64,000 nucleotides of DNA from Malacoraja senta (taxonomy: Eukaryota), in contig CM075998.1 of the NCBI GenBank assembly GCA_038087875.1, forward strand, positions 3,226,001 to 3,290,000, written 5' to 3'. Shown one piece after another: positions 49,701 to 62,078 of the stretch. How positions within the stretch are numbered: the stretch's first letter is position 1; each line of letters begins with the position of its first letter. The translations under genes and the position numbers were made by a program. The notes below the pieces were generated by a model. The model did not search any database. It worked only from the letters and a program-made list of their open reading frames with translations, and was not told the origin of the DNA.

Positions 49701-50297
49701 AGCACTCTGTGAAACATCACCTATCCATGTTCTCCACAGATGCTGCCTGACCCGCTGAGTTACTCCAGCACTCTGTGAAACGTCACCTATCCATGTTCCC
49801 CACAGATGCTGCCTGACCCGCTGAGTTACTCCAGCACTCTGTGAAACGTCACCTATCCGTGTTCTCCACAGATGCTGCCTGACCCGCTGAGTTACTCCAG
49901 CACTCTGTGAAACGTCACCTATCATGTTCCGGCAGCATCTATGGAGCGAAGGAAATAGGCAACGTTTCGGCCCGAAAACCCTTCCGGGTTTCGCCCGAAA
50001 CGTTGCCTATTTCCTTCAGGGTTTCGGCCCGAAAGGTTGCCCATTTCCTTTGCTCCACAGATGCTGCCTGACCTGCTGAGTTACTCCAGCACTCTGTGAA
50101 ACATCACCTATCCATGTTCTCCACAGATGCTGCCTGACCCGCTGAGTTACTCCAGCACTCTGTGAAACGTCACCTATCCATGTTCTCCACAGATGCTGCC
50201 TGACCCGCTGAGTTACTCCAGCACTCTGTGAAACGTTCACCTATCCGTGTTCTCCACAGATGCTGCCTGACCCGCTGAGTTACTCCAGCACTCTGTG
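49645..50297. repeat. 66-bp tandem minisatellite (~8 units) derived from the pLTR, interrupted at ~49930-50050
   Basis: Unit GAAAC(A/G)TCACCTATCCATGTTCTCCACAGATGCTGCCTGACCCGCTGAGTTACTCCAGCACTCTGT; 22-aa periodicity in the ORF track. Confidence 0.95.
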
Positions 50298-52202
50298 TCT
50301 TTTTTCCATGCTGATTATTGCTCCTCTCGCTGGTGTGCTGTGCTGGGGTATTTGCTTGCATGGCCTGTATGTGGTGTTATCTTGTCATGTGTTCCCTGCA
50401 GGTACTCCAGAGGGCAGCAGTGAGTACAAGTTTCTCTGATACTGAATGACGTGTCCAAATTAAATTAAATGTGCACTTGACCTTGATTGATGTACTTTCC
50501 CTAGAAATACATAATTACATTAATTTGTAATACCCAAAGATTAACAGCGTTACCTCTGATAAAACAGGGCACTGTGAAGTGATGTGAGATGTTTTTGTGA
50601 TTTTGCATGCTGTTAAATTGATTAATGGGTCACTCCTGATCACTTGATACCTTGTTGTTCTCGAGTAGGAGACTTGGTTAGGTTGTTAGATTATTGACTT
50701 TAAAATATGCATTTTACATTGGGCGGCACAGTGATGCAGCGGGTAGAGCTGCTGCCTCGCAGCTCCGGGTTCGATCCCGACCTCGGGTGCTGCCTGTGTG
50801 GAAATCGCACGCTCTCCCCGTGACCCGCTTGGGTTTTCTCCGGGTGCCCCGGTTCCTCCCACACTCCAAAGGCGCACAGGGCTTGTAGGCTAATTGGCCC
50901 TCTGTAAAATTGTAAATTGTCCCTAGTGTGTGGAAGGATAGAACCTGATGATCGCCGGCCGGCGTGGACCCGATGGGCCGAAGGGCCTGTTTTCCGCTCT
51001 GTGTCTCTAAACCGAACCACGGTTCGAGCCCAGGTCTTTTGAGACTGAAGCAAAGTATTTTTGACTTCTGCGCATGTTTCCCGTCAAATAGCGAACTGGT
51101 GTGAATATGTCCTCTGTCACAACAGCTCATCAGAGTGGCCATTATTCACAGTGCTCAATTTGAGCAAAATAATCTAATTAATTAAATTGCTAATTAATTA
51201 ATCAATTAATTAGGTGATTAATCAATTAATTAATGACTTGGGTGCTTGTTTGATTAACTAATAATTAATAAATTCAATGTTCATATTGCTGGGTTGCAAG
51301 CTACCCAAGCGGAATATGAGGCGTTGTTCCTCCAGTTTGCGTGTGGCCTTATTAACCCGTTCCTCCCCATTCCGTCAACATCACATCCAGCGTGTTTACC
51401 CTGGTGGTGAACCTGTGGAATTCATCGCCACGGACGGCTGTGGCGGCCATCTTTGGCGGAGGCCAAGTCAATGCGCAGTTTTTAAGCGGAGATCGATTTG
51501 TTCCAGATTAGCAAGTGTGTCAGAGGTGACACTGAGAGAAGGCAGGAGAATGGAGCTCATAAGGTCATCAGTGATCGGAGCCGAGTGATAGAACGAGGCC
51601 ATTCGGCCGATCGAGTCTACTCCGCCATTCGAACATGGCTGACCTATCTCTCCCTCCAAACCCCATTCTCCTCCCCACAACCCCTGACACCTGTACTAAT
51701 CGAGAATCTATCATCTCTGCCTTAAAACAATATCCATTGATCGTCTGAAGAAGGGTCTCGACTCGAGACGTCACCCATTCCTCCTCTCCAGAGATGCTGC
51801 CCGTCCCGCTGAGTTACTCCAGCTTTTTGTGTCTGTCTTCTGTGGCAAAGAATTCCACAGATTCCACCACCCCTCTGACCAAAGAAATTCCTCCTCATCT
51901 CCTTCCTAAAGGAACGTCCTTTAATTCTGACGGCCGTGACCTCTGGTCCTAGACTCTCCCACAAGTGGAAACATCCTCTCCACATCCACTCTATCCAAGG
52001 GTTGAGGGGAAAGATGCATCAGCCATGATTGAATGGCGGAGCGGACTGGATGGGCCGAATGGCCTAAATCTGCTCCTGTGTCTTATAGTCTAATGGTCTA
52101 CCCACAAAACCAAGTCTATCGTAGCAATGTGCACTGTAGCTTGTGATGTCAAGTGAAACAATGTCGATAACCAACTAACTTCTATCGTATTCTCTCCCTT
52201 AG

Positions 52203-52262
52203 ACAGTTTTGGGGTCTCCTATGGAACTCTCTCTGCTGAGTAACATGGACAATCACACGTAA
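52203..52262 (+). CDS. SLC11A2: SLC11A2 alternative terminal exon 17 (TVLGSPMELSLLSNMDNHT*)
   Basis: ACTAAC branch point (~52174), pyrimidine tract, AG at 52201-52202; phase 0 matches the 45177 donor; resembles the mammalian non-IRE tail (LG..PELYLLNTMD). Confidence 0.78.
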   Translation, partial: TVLGSPMELSLLSNMDNHT

Positions 52263-53318
52263 TCCTCACGGTGCCTTCTCGACGGTGGTATTAGAAGACA
52301 ACGCCCTCTCAAATGCTGCAATCGTGCTGTAACATTTATTAAACTAAAGTCTCTACTTTATATCGAGGAGAACTTGGGAGAGAGAATTTGTTTTCAAGTA
52401 TTAAGAGCAACTTAATACTTGTCGACAGTGCACTGTTGATGGCAGACGTCACCAACGGCAACATATCTGTGGTGTTGAGCACTAATTTACTGCATAATCT
52501 CAATAGACAATAGGTGCAGGAGTAGGCCATTCGGCCCTTCGAGCCAGCACCGCCATTCAATGTGATCATGGCTGATCATCCCCAATCAGTACCCCGTTCC
52601 TGCCTTCTCCCCATATCCCCTGACTCCACTATCTTTAAGAGCCCTATCTAGCTCTCTCTTGAAAGTATCTAGAGAACCGGCCTCCCTCTGAGGTGGAGAA
52701 TCTCGCACAACTTGGAGCTGGGAACAATGATGATGCGGTTCAGTTCCACGGTGGAATTTACTTGGAGTTTCAACTTCCGAAGACCCCCTTATGTCCTTCA
52801 GTGTAATCCTTTAGTTTTCGGGCAACAGGCCCTTCGGCCCACTGGGTCCGCGCCGACCAGCGATCCCCCGCAAACTATCCCTGCACACACTGGGGGAAGT
52901 TTACAATTGCACCAAAGCCAATTAACCTACGAACCTGCACGTCTTTGGAGCGTGGGAGGAAACCGGAGCACCCGGAGAAAACCCACGCGGGTCACCCGTA
53001 GTCAGGATGGAACCCGGGTCTCTGGCGCTGCGAGGCAGCAGCTCTACCCGCTGCGCCACTGTCCATGCCGATCAGCGATTAGTTTTCAAACGGTTCCAAT
53101 ACATTGATGAGAATGATGACACTGTTAATTGTTGTCTTTGTGTTTTGACAAAAATAACGTTTTCCGCCATCCTGGTGAATTTTCTTTCACGTATTTTATT
53201 GACCGCGTGCTGTTCAGTTTACTTACAACACAGGAAGGATTTGTGGCATTGAGAGCTACAACGGACCAGGCCATGATGATTTCCCCTGCCCTGCTGATGC
53301 CGAAGTGCTGAACCATTA

Positions 53319-53324
53319 AATAAA
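53319..53324 (+). promoter_or_regulatory. Candidate poly(A) signal for the exon-17 isoform (ATTAAA also at 52338)
   Basis: AATAAA about 1 kb after the stop. Confidence 0.3.
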
Positions 53325-54204
53325 TGCTCAGACTGAGATTAAAATAGCAGACAAGCACAGCATGTGAACTTTGTATTGATCCAGTTCCCTAACGAACATT
53401 AACCTCGGCCTACCTGATCTCCCGGTTGCCAAACACTTTAACTCCCCTCCCATTCCCACACTGACCTTTCTGTCCTGGGCCTCCTCCACTGTCAGAGTGA
53501 GGCCTAGCGCAAATTGGAGGAACAGCACCTCATATTTCGCTTGGGCAGCTTCCACCCCAGCAGGATGATTATTAATGTCTCTCATTTTGAATAACCCCTG
53601 CACTCCCTCTCTCTCCTTCCCTAGCTGTCCTGCTATTTCCACTGTTCACATCCTTGCATCCCTCTCATAAGCAGGGGTGCATTCAACCTGTCAATTCCTC
53701 TTGTGATTTTACACACCTCTATAAGATCACCCCTCATCCTCCTGCGCTGAGTCCCAGCCTGCTCAACCTCTCCCTATAGCTCAGGCCCTCGGGTCCTGGC
53801 AACATCCTCGTAAATCCTCTCTGAACCCTTTCCAGCTCGACGACATCTTTCCTCTAACAGGGCGACCAAAACTGAATGCATTGCCCTCGATTCCCCAACC
53901 CAGAGTAACAGACTCTATGTGTCTAATCCATCTGCTCCTCATATTTCCATGTCAGGATTGTTTTTTAGAAGGGAAGTCACGGTGGCGCAGCGGTAGAGTT
54001 GCTGCCTAACAGCACTTACAGCGCCAGAGACCCGGGTTCGATCCTGACTACGGGTGCTGTCTGTACGGAGTTTGTACGTTCTCCCCGTGAACATGATGGT
54101 TTTCTCCGAGATCTTCGGTTTCCTCCCACACTCCAAAGACGTACAGGTTTGTAGGTTAATTGGCTTCTGTAAATTGTAAATTGTCCCTAGTGTGTGTAGG
54201 ATAG

Positions 54205-54832
54205 GTTCAAGATTCAACAGGGTTTATTGTCATGTGTCCCTGATAGGACAATGAAATTCTTGCTTTGCTTCAGCACAACAGAACATAGTAGGCATTGACT
54301 ACAAAACAGATTAGTGTGTCCATATACCATTATATAAATATATACACACATGAATAAATAAACTGATAAAGTGCAAATAACAGATAATGGGCTATTAATG
54401 TTCAGAGTTTTGTCCGAGCCAAGTTTAATAGCCTGATGGCTGTGGGGAAGTAGCTATTCCTGAACCTGGTCGTTGCAGTCTTCAGGCCCCTGTACCTTCT
54501 CCTGAAGGTAGCGGAGAGATGAGTGTGTGGCCAGGATGGTGTGGGTCCTTGATGATGCTGCCATCCTTTTTGAGGCAGCGACTGCGATAGATCCCCTCGA
54601 TGGAGGGGAGGTCAGAGCCGATGATGGACTGGGCAGTGTTTACTACTTTTTGAAGTCTTTTCCTCTCCAGGGCGCGCAAGTTGCCGAACCAAGCCACGAT
54701 GCAACTGTAGAGGTTAGAGAGAGCCCTCCTTGACAAACCGACTCTCCGTAATCTCAGGAAGTAGAGGCGATGATGTGCTTTCTTAATAATTGCATCAGTG
54801 TTCTCGGACCAGGAAAGACCTTCAGAGATGTG
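54205..54832 (-). mobile_element. Rex1/Babar-like LINE fragment splitting an HE1 SINE
   Basis: ORF 54482-54835 HISE.LSWS.NT..IIKKA..RLYFLR..LQKVV.TAQ.IIG..LPSI..IY..RC..DP.HPGH. Confidence 0.75.
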
Positions 54833-55946
54833 CAAGGCCAGGAATTTTGATGGTGTGCGGACTCGGTGGGCTGACGGGCCTGTTTCCGCACTGTATCTCT
54901 AAACTAAAACTAGACGTGATTTTGTACACCTCTATAAGATCACCCCTCATCCTCCTGCGCTCCGAGGAATAAAGTCCCAGCCTGCTCAACCTCTCCCTGT
55001 AGCTCAGGCCCTCGAGTCCTGGCAACAGCCTGGTAAATCTTCTCTGTGGGAGTTTGATCTGCACAAATTGGCCGCCACGGCCAATTTGTGCAGATCAAAC
55101 TCCCACGGAGAAGATTTACCAGGCTGTTGCCAGAGGCTTATAGTCAAGATCACAAACGGAGTGGCGTGGTAGCTTACAGCCATTCAGTCCTGGAGTCATC
55201 CAGCACGGAAACAGGCCCTTCGGCCCACGAAGTCCGTGCGGGATTGCTGTTTCTCCCATCAAGTGAGAGCACAAGGAACTCCACTCCAAAGGCTAATTGA
55301 CTTCGTTAAAATCGTAACTTGCCCCCAGCGCGTGTAGGATAGCGTTTAGTACCGGTGATCAGTGATTAGTGCGTGTGTCAGGGATTGGTGGGAGAATGGG
55401 GGATAGGAGGGAGAGAGAGCGCAGCCATGATTGAATGGCGGAGTAGACCCGATGGGCCGAACGGCCTAATCCTGCTGCTATCACTTATGACCTTATGACA
55501 GTGTTAAGGGCCTGTCATAAGGTTCCACGACCTAATTCACGACCTTTTTTGTAACTCGTGGACATTTTTCATCATGTTGAAAAAACGCCCCGACCTACTT
55601 GATGCCACGAGTACCTACGACTAGCATCACGGCCTGCTACGACCTACCTACGACCTCGTGACGACCATGCTGCGAGTACGAGTCAAGGGCAAACTCGGCT
55701 GAGGTCGTGAAAGTGTGCGGGGATCGCTGGTCGGCGCGGACTCGGTGGGCCGAAGGGCCTGTTTCTGCGCTGTGCAATCTCGAAAGTAAAACCCGCTGCA
55801 CATGCGTTTGACTCGATTGTTAACTACGTTTCGCATCGTCTCAAGGCGAATGATGTTGACACCTTTTGAGACGGTTCTCCATTTTAATCTAATATATGAT
55901 ACAACAGCATGGAACTCCGGCTCACCATTTCTTTAAAAGACAATAT

Positions 55947-55952
55947 TTTATT
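55947..55952 (-). promoter_or_regulatory. Candidate poly(A) signal of the minus-strand RhoGEF gene
   Basis: AATAAA on the - strand in unique AT-rich sequence ~3.1 kb past the stop. Confidence 0.35.
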
Positions 55953-56326
55953 AAAACATGCATGTACAGGAAGATGATGCACAGAAAACATGCTCAGCAG
56001 TGACATCTGTGCAAATGCAATGACAAACTGACCGAAAATATAATGGAAATTTGGAATCATACATTTCACTGGCTTATCATCATCTTTTTCTATTTCCCTT
56101 TTTTAGGCCCTCGTGCTTACCTGCCTTGCGCTCGGAGGGAGGCGGGCGAGTCCTTGGCCTCTTTAGAGGGCCAGTCTAAAGAAGGGTCTCGACCCGAAAC
56201 GTCACCAATTCCTTTTCCTCCAGAGATGCTGCCTGACCCGCTCAGTTACTCCAGCACTCTGTGCCTACACCTGAAACCAGCATCTGCAGTTCCTTCCGAC
56301 ACACACGCCAATTCAACGTTACCGCT

Positions 56327-56835
56327 TTGGCTATTGAGGGAGTGCAGCATAGGTTTACAAGGTTAATTCCCGGGATGGCTGGACTGTCATATGCTGAGAG
56401 AATGGAGCAGCTGGGCTTGTACACTCTGGGGTTTAGAAGGATGAGAGGGATTCTCATTGAAACATGTAAGATTGTTAAAGTTTTGGACACGCTGGAGGCA
56501 GGAAACATGTTCCCGATGTTGGGGGAGTCCAGAACCAGGGGCCACACAGTTTAAGAATAAGGAGTAAGCCATTTAGAACGGAGACGAGGAAACACTTTTT
56601 CTCACAGAGTTGTGAGTCTGTGGAATTCTCTGCCTCAGAGGGCGGTGGAGGCAGGTTCTCTGGATGCTTTCAAGAGAGAGCTAGATAGGGGTCTTAAAAA
56701 TAGTGGAGTCAGGGGATATGGGGAGAAGGCAGGAACGGGGTACTGATTGGGGATGATCAGCCATGATCACATTGAATGGGGGTGCTGGCTCAAAGGGTCA
56801 ATGGCCTCTACTCCTGCACCTATTGTCTATTGTCT
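56327..56835 (+). mobile_element. CR1/HER1-like 3' fragment (second subfamily, CTATTGT tail)
   Basis: [25 protein letters not shown]..; similar pieces at ~7390, 9580, 22000, 25330, 40133, 47925, 52500, 59338. Confidence 0.85.
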
Positions 56836-57159
56836 GATAAGGTCATATCTTCCATTGTTGAACTCACCCCAACAGGCCCAGCTGTGCATGAGTTGCAAAC
56901 CCTGGTATCCAAGATGTATGCAAGAGCTCTTAGGGCTAACGGAATCGAGGGATGTGGGGGAAAAGCAGGAACGGGGTACTGATTGTGGATGATCAGCCAT
57001 GGTCGTATTGAATGGCGGTGCTGGCTCGAATGGCCTACTCCTGCACCTATTGTCTATGTTTCTCTCTCTCTCTATCTTCACACAACCAGCTGGGTGAGTG
57101 CACTAACTGTGACCCTTCAAGGAGCAAAGCTCAGCTGAGTGGAAAAAGTTCCCTCTTGT

Positions 57160-57470
57160 TGCGGCACGGTGGCGCAGCGGGTAGAGCTGCTGCCTCACAG
57201 CGCTGGAGACCCGGGTTCCATCCTGACTACGGGTGCTGCCTGTACGGAGTTTGTACCTTCTCCCCGTGACCTGCGTGGGATTTCTCCAGGTGCTCCGGTT
57301 TCCTCCCGCACTCCAAAGACGTACAGGTTTGTAGGTTAATTGGCTTTGGTGTAAATGTAAATTGTCCCTGGTGTGTGTAGGATGGTGTTAGTGTGCGGGG
57401 ATCGCTGGTCGGCGCGGACTCGGTGGGCCGAAGGGCCTGTTTTCGTGCTGTATCTCTAAAACTAAAACCT
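57160..57470 (+). mobile_element. HE1-like SINE
   Basis: Full tRNA head, V-domain and tail. Confidence 0.85.
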
Positions 57471-59095
57471 AATGTACTTGAGTGTGGCTTCATTGTGTCT
57501 ATGTATAGCATTATCGGATCGGTTCCAAAGCTTTTCACTGTACCTCGGTACACGGGATAATGATAAACCGGAAGCTAAATCTAGACTTCAACGAGGGTTG
57601 AAACTGATCTACGAAGTTTAGACCTTGAAGACCATTAACCATGCTTCGAAGCCACTGAGAATGTGGTAAATGTCCACTGTGGACGGCTCGATTGTAAGCA
57701 TGTATTGTCTTTCCACTGACTGGTTAGCACGCACAGAAAAAGCTTTTCACTGCACCTCGGTACACGTGACATGAAACCAAACTAATCTCCACCCCACCCC
57801 CTCCCTCCCCTCCACACCCATCGCCCGCTAACCTGTTGGTACCCCGAAGATAGACACAAAATGTTGGCGTGACTCAGCGGGACAGGCAGCATCTCTGGAG
57901 AGAAGGGATGGGTGACGTTTCGGGTTGAGACCTTTCCGCTGAGTTACTCCAGGATCCCGTGCCGGTCGTCAGTGTAAACCAAAGATCCTCCGCTATAGGA
58001 TCTTTGGTGTAAACCGGTGTCTGCAGTCCCTTGCTGCACCACCTGTTGGTGCGGTTCAGTCCGTGTGGCCGTAACCTCGCCACGCCGAGGTGCCGTTTGG
58101 TCCCTTTGCCACGAGTTGCTTCCGCCGACTTTGCCCCGAGTTGCTTCCACTGCTCCGACCGCCTTCACCGCGGAAGACCGCCAACGTTTCGCCTTGTGCT
58201 TGGGATAAGGGTGGGCTTCGGAGTTGCGTGTCCTGTCCACCCCCCCCCCCCCACACACACACACCCCACAGGTGAAAAGAAGGGGCGTCAGACACACCAA
58301 GCGGCGGACAGAAGCATCGTGAATTATTTCTCGGGGAGAAGGCAGAAGAATGGGGATCGGGAGGGATAGATCGGCCACGATTGAAAGGCGGAGTGGACTT
58401 GATGGGCCGAACGGCCTCATTCTGCTCCTACCCACCGATGAACTTGTGAACCGGGAGCTGGGCGACCCCTGACCTCCGGACGTGGAGAAGACACGTGTTG
58501 GGGGGGGGAGGGGGGGTCAGGAGACCTCAGTGACCGTCCAAAGCCAAACGACACAAACTACAGGGGCTGAAGCTCAGCGTAGCCAGCCCTCCCCCCTTTT
58601 TTTTTTTTTGACTGAACAGGGACCTCTCATTGACCTCTGCTTGGAGCTGGATCCCATTGAGAGATCTCGCACAAATGATTTTATCCTTGGCAGAAAAGCC
58701 CGGTGGATCGGTGGTAATGAGGGCTTTCCAGGGGTCTCGCCAAACGAAGGGAAGAGATATTTTGACTTGCCACCACCTGGCTTGATGACATCCAAACTGT
58801 AGCCAGAGGGCCTACATGATATGGGACCCTCACGGCCACACTATCTATGTCTCTGTGCGGGTTTGCTGGCCGTCTCTGTTCATGGGAGCGCTGGAGAAGA
58901 ACACTGCTGACGGTCACGCAATCTGCCGGCGTTCATCAAACCTTTAACCGACTCGTTCTCGAGAATTAGTCCATGGGCTGGCTGGGTGCCGATCGTGAGA
59001 GAGCCGTCGCCCACTGGTGTGGAAAGCTCCTCAACCCGAGTTTTCCTTTTTTTCCCCAAAAAGCAGAAATGAAACGGAAGGGGAGGCGGCGGTCT

Positions 59096-59194
59096 TTAGA
59101 GGTCGCTTTCGTCCAGCCCGTCCCGGCTCCCGCGCTGGAGCGCCGAGTCGTGGCTGCGGCCACCGGTCTTGGCCGACCGCCCCTCTCTGGCGTG
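59096..59194 (-). CDS. ARHGEF25: ARHGEF25-like terminal coding exon (HAREGRSAK...GLDESDL*)
   Basis: Long pyrimidine tract + CAG acceptor, phase 0 matching the upstream donor; acidic LDExxL C-terminus recalls mammalian p63RhoGEF. Confidence 0.7.
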   Translation of the reverse strand, partial: HAREGRSAKTGGRSHDSALQRGSRDGLDESDL

Positions 59195-59699
59195 CTGTAC
59201 GGAGTAACGGAGCAGGGCAGAGTGAGAGGGGGGGGGGTGAGAGAGAGCGAGCCGCGATGTTCGTGTGTCAGTCACGCTGTCTCGCCTCACCGTGGAACCC
59301 CCCCCCCCAATTCCCCCCCCTCCCCACAAACACCTCCCTCTTGAAACATATAAGATTGTTAAGGGCTTGGACATGCTAGAGGCAGGAAACATGTTCCTGA
59401 TGTTGGGGGAGTCCAGAACCAGGGGCCACACACAGTTTAAGAATAAGGAGTAAGCCATTTAGAACGGACACTTTTTCTCACAGAGAGTTGTGAGTGTGTG
59501 GAATTCTCTGCCTCAGAGGCAGGTTCTCTGGATGCTTTCAAGAGAGAGCTAGATAGGGCTCTTAAAGATAGCGGAGTCAGGGGATATGGGGAGAAGGCAG
59601 GAACGGGGTACTGATTGGGGATGATCAGCCATGATCATATTGAATGGCGGTGCTGGCTCGAAGGGCCAAATGGCCTACTCCTGCACCTATTGTCTATTG

Positions 59700-60205
59700 T
59701 CCCCATATCCCTTGACTCCACTCGCCCCTAGAGCTCTATCTAACTCTCTCTTAAATCCATCCAGTGATTTAGCCTCCACTGCCCTCTGTGGCAGGGAATT
59801 CCACAAATTCACAACTCTCTGGGTGAAAAAGTTTTTTCTCACCTCAGTCTTAAATGGCCTCCCCTTTATTCTAAGACTGTGGCCCCCTGGTTCTGGACTC
59901 GCCCAACATTGGGAACATTTTTTCCTGCATCTAGCTTGTCCAGTCCTTTTATAATTTTATATGTTTCTATAAGATTGCCCCTCATCCTTCTAAACTCCAG
60001 TGAATACAAGCCTAGTCTTTTCAATCTTTCCTCGCCATCCCAGGGATCAATCTCGTGAACCTACGCTGCACTGCCTCAATCACAAGGATGTCCTTCCTCA
60101 AATTAGGAGACCAAAACTGTACACAATACTCCAGATGTGGTCTCACCAAAGCCCTATACAACTGCAGAAGAACCTCTTTACTCCTATACTGAAATCCTCT
60201 TGTTG
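59700..60205 (-). mobile_element. CR1/HER1-like fragment, tail-to-tail with the + strand copy at 59338-59700
   Basis: Sequence identity to the other CR1 copies. Confidence 0.85.
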
Positions 60206-60446
60206 TGAAACTTACCTGATGCCCCGAGTTCTGACGGCTGGCATTACGAGCTACTACGAAACATCTATGGACTCCTACGGCCTCCTACGAGCTTGCTACC
60301 GACATTCCCCGGCATTCCCCGAGTTCGAATCAAGGGGAAAACTCGGGAGAGTTCGTGAGTAACTCGGGGAAAGTGGGACAGGGGCTTTACGCAGAGGGCT
60401 AAATGTTTGGCCACCGAGGGACGTCGAGTTGGAAACCAGCACTGAC

Positions 60447-60679
60447 CTTCTCCTGGCGCGATTCCAAGGTGGCACTGCCAGTTCTGCACGGGGGCAGATA
60501 GAGGGCGGGCAGCGAAGTGTTGTAGGCCTTCATGGAGGGAAACTGGTTGCGGTCCATGGATGCGGAGGAGTGGGGCCTCATGCCCGCTGAGATGGACAGC
60601 GCTGTCCGGGCATCGCGCGGTCTGCCCAAGCTGTTTGATTTATTCTCCCTCCGCTGGTACTCAATGGGGGACTGCAGGG
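60447..60679 (-). CDS. ARHGEF25: ARHGEF25-like exon (ALQSPIEYQRRENKSNSLGRPR...RQEK)
   Basis: CAG acceptor, GTCAGT donor, phase 1/0; ALQSPIEYQRRE..NSLGRPR is the p63RhoGEF post-PH Galphaq-binding extension. Confidence 0.88.
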
Positions 60680-61509
60680 CTGCAGAGAGGGAGCAAGAGG
60701 CCGGTCCTTATTTCTCAACATACAGGCCCTCCGGCCCAACTTGCCCACGCCGGCCCAACATGCCCCATCTACACTCGTCCCACCTGCCTGCGCTTGGTCC
60801 ATATCCCTCCAAACCCGTCCTGTCCATGTAACATGCCCCAAGAACAAGCTACACTCAGCTCTTCAAGGTGAAGGGGGAAAGATTGCATGGGAATCTGAGG
60901 GGTGACTTTTTCCACACAAAGGGTGGTGGGTGTATGGAACGAGCTGCCAGACGGAGACGGGTTTTTTTTGTTTCTTTTAAATAGGTGCAGGAGGAGGCCA
61001 TTCGGCCCTTCGAGCCAGCACCGCCATTCATTGTGATCATGGCTGATCGTCCCCAATCAATAACCCAATCAATCTCCCCATATCCCTTAACTCCACCAGC
61101 CCCTAGAGCTCTAACTAACTCTCTCTTAAATCCATCCAGTGATTTGGCCTCCACTGCCCTCTGTGGCAGGGAATTCCACAAATTCCCAACTCTCTGGGTG
61201 AAAAAGTTTTTTCTCACCTCAGTCTTAAATGGCCTCCCCTTTATTCCAAGACTGCGTGTGGCCCCTGGTTCTGGACTCGCCCAACATTGGGAACATTTTT
61301 CCTGCATCTAGCTTGAGGTTGGGATTATCCAGCGCTGAAGAAACGGCAAGACAGGTTCTCTGGCGCTGTGAGGCAGCAACTCTACCGCTGTGCAGTCGTG
61401 CCCACCAATTGACTTGACCATTGTGTTTAAGGAGGAACTGCAGATGCTGGAAAATCGAAGGTAGACAAAAGTGCTGGAGAAACTCAGCGGGTGCGGCAGC
61501 ATCTCCAGG

Positions 61510-62078
61510 TCCCTCAGATCGGCCGACTTGGGGTTGCTGAATATCCCGCGGTCTAGGCATAAGCTCAGGGGCGACCGCGCCTTTGCGGTTGCAGCTCCTA
61601 GACTGTGGAACAGCATCCCTCTTCCCATCAGAACTGCCCCCTCCATCGACTCCTTTAAGTCAAGACTAAAAACGTATCTATACTCTCAAGCCTTTCTTGA
61701 CGTCCTCTGAGTGAGGGCTATATGTATATATAGAAACATAGAAACATAGAAAATAGGTGCAGGAGTAGGCCATTCGGCCCTTCGAGCCTGCACCACCATT
61801 CAATATGATCATGGCTGATCATCCAAACTCAGTATCCCGTACCTGCCTTCTCTCCATACCGCCTGATCCCTTTAGCCACAAGGGCCACATCTAACTCCCT
61901 CTTAAATATAGCCAATGAACTGGCCTCAACTACCTTCTGTGGCAGAGAATTCCACAGATTCACCTATGTATGTAGTTTGTTTGTTTATACTATTCTTATA
62001 ACAAATGTGAAGCACTTTGGCCAACGAGAGTTGTTTTTTAAATGTGCTATATAAATAAATGTGACTTGACTTGATTTG
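61510..62078 (+). mobile_element. L2-clade LINE 3' fragment, interrupted by a CR1 tail (61729-61962) and nested in a pLTR palindrome
   Basis: RSLRSAD..L.IPR....GDRAFAVAAPRLWNSIP..IR.A.S..SFKS.LKTYL; ATAAATAAA plus (TGACT)n tail. Confidence 0.8.

Noticed and set aside
49614..50361. Repeat array resembling a CRISPR or a repeat-protein ORF
   Set aside because: Head-to-tail 66-bp units with no unique spacers, eukaryotic context, no cas genes; the ORFs are just translated minisatellite
50404..50419. CTCF-like motif ACTCCAGAGGGCAGCA
   Set aside because: Single imperfect match, expected by chance without ChIP or conservation data
58574..58917. Additional minus-strand coding exons
   Set aside because: Lie downstream of the stop at 59096 with no recognisable homology; treated as 3' UTR
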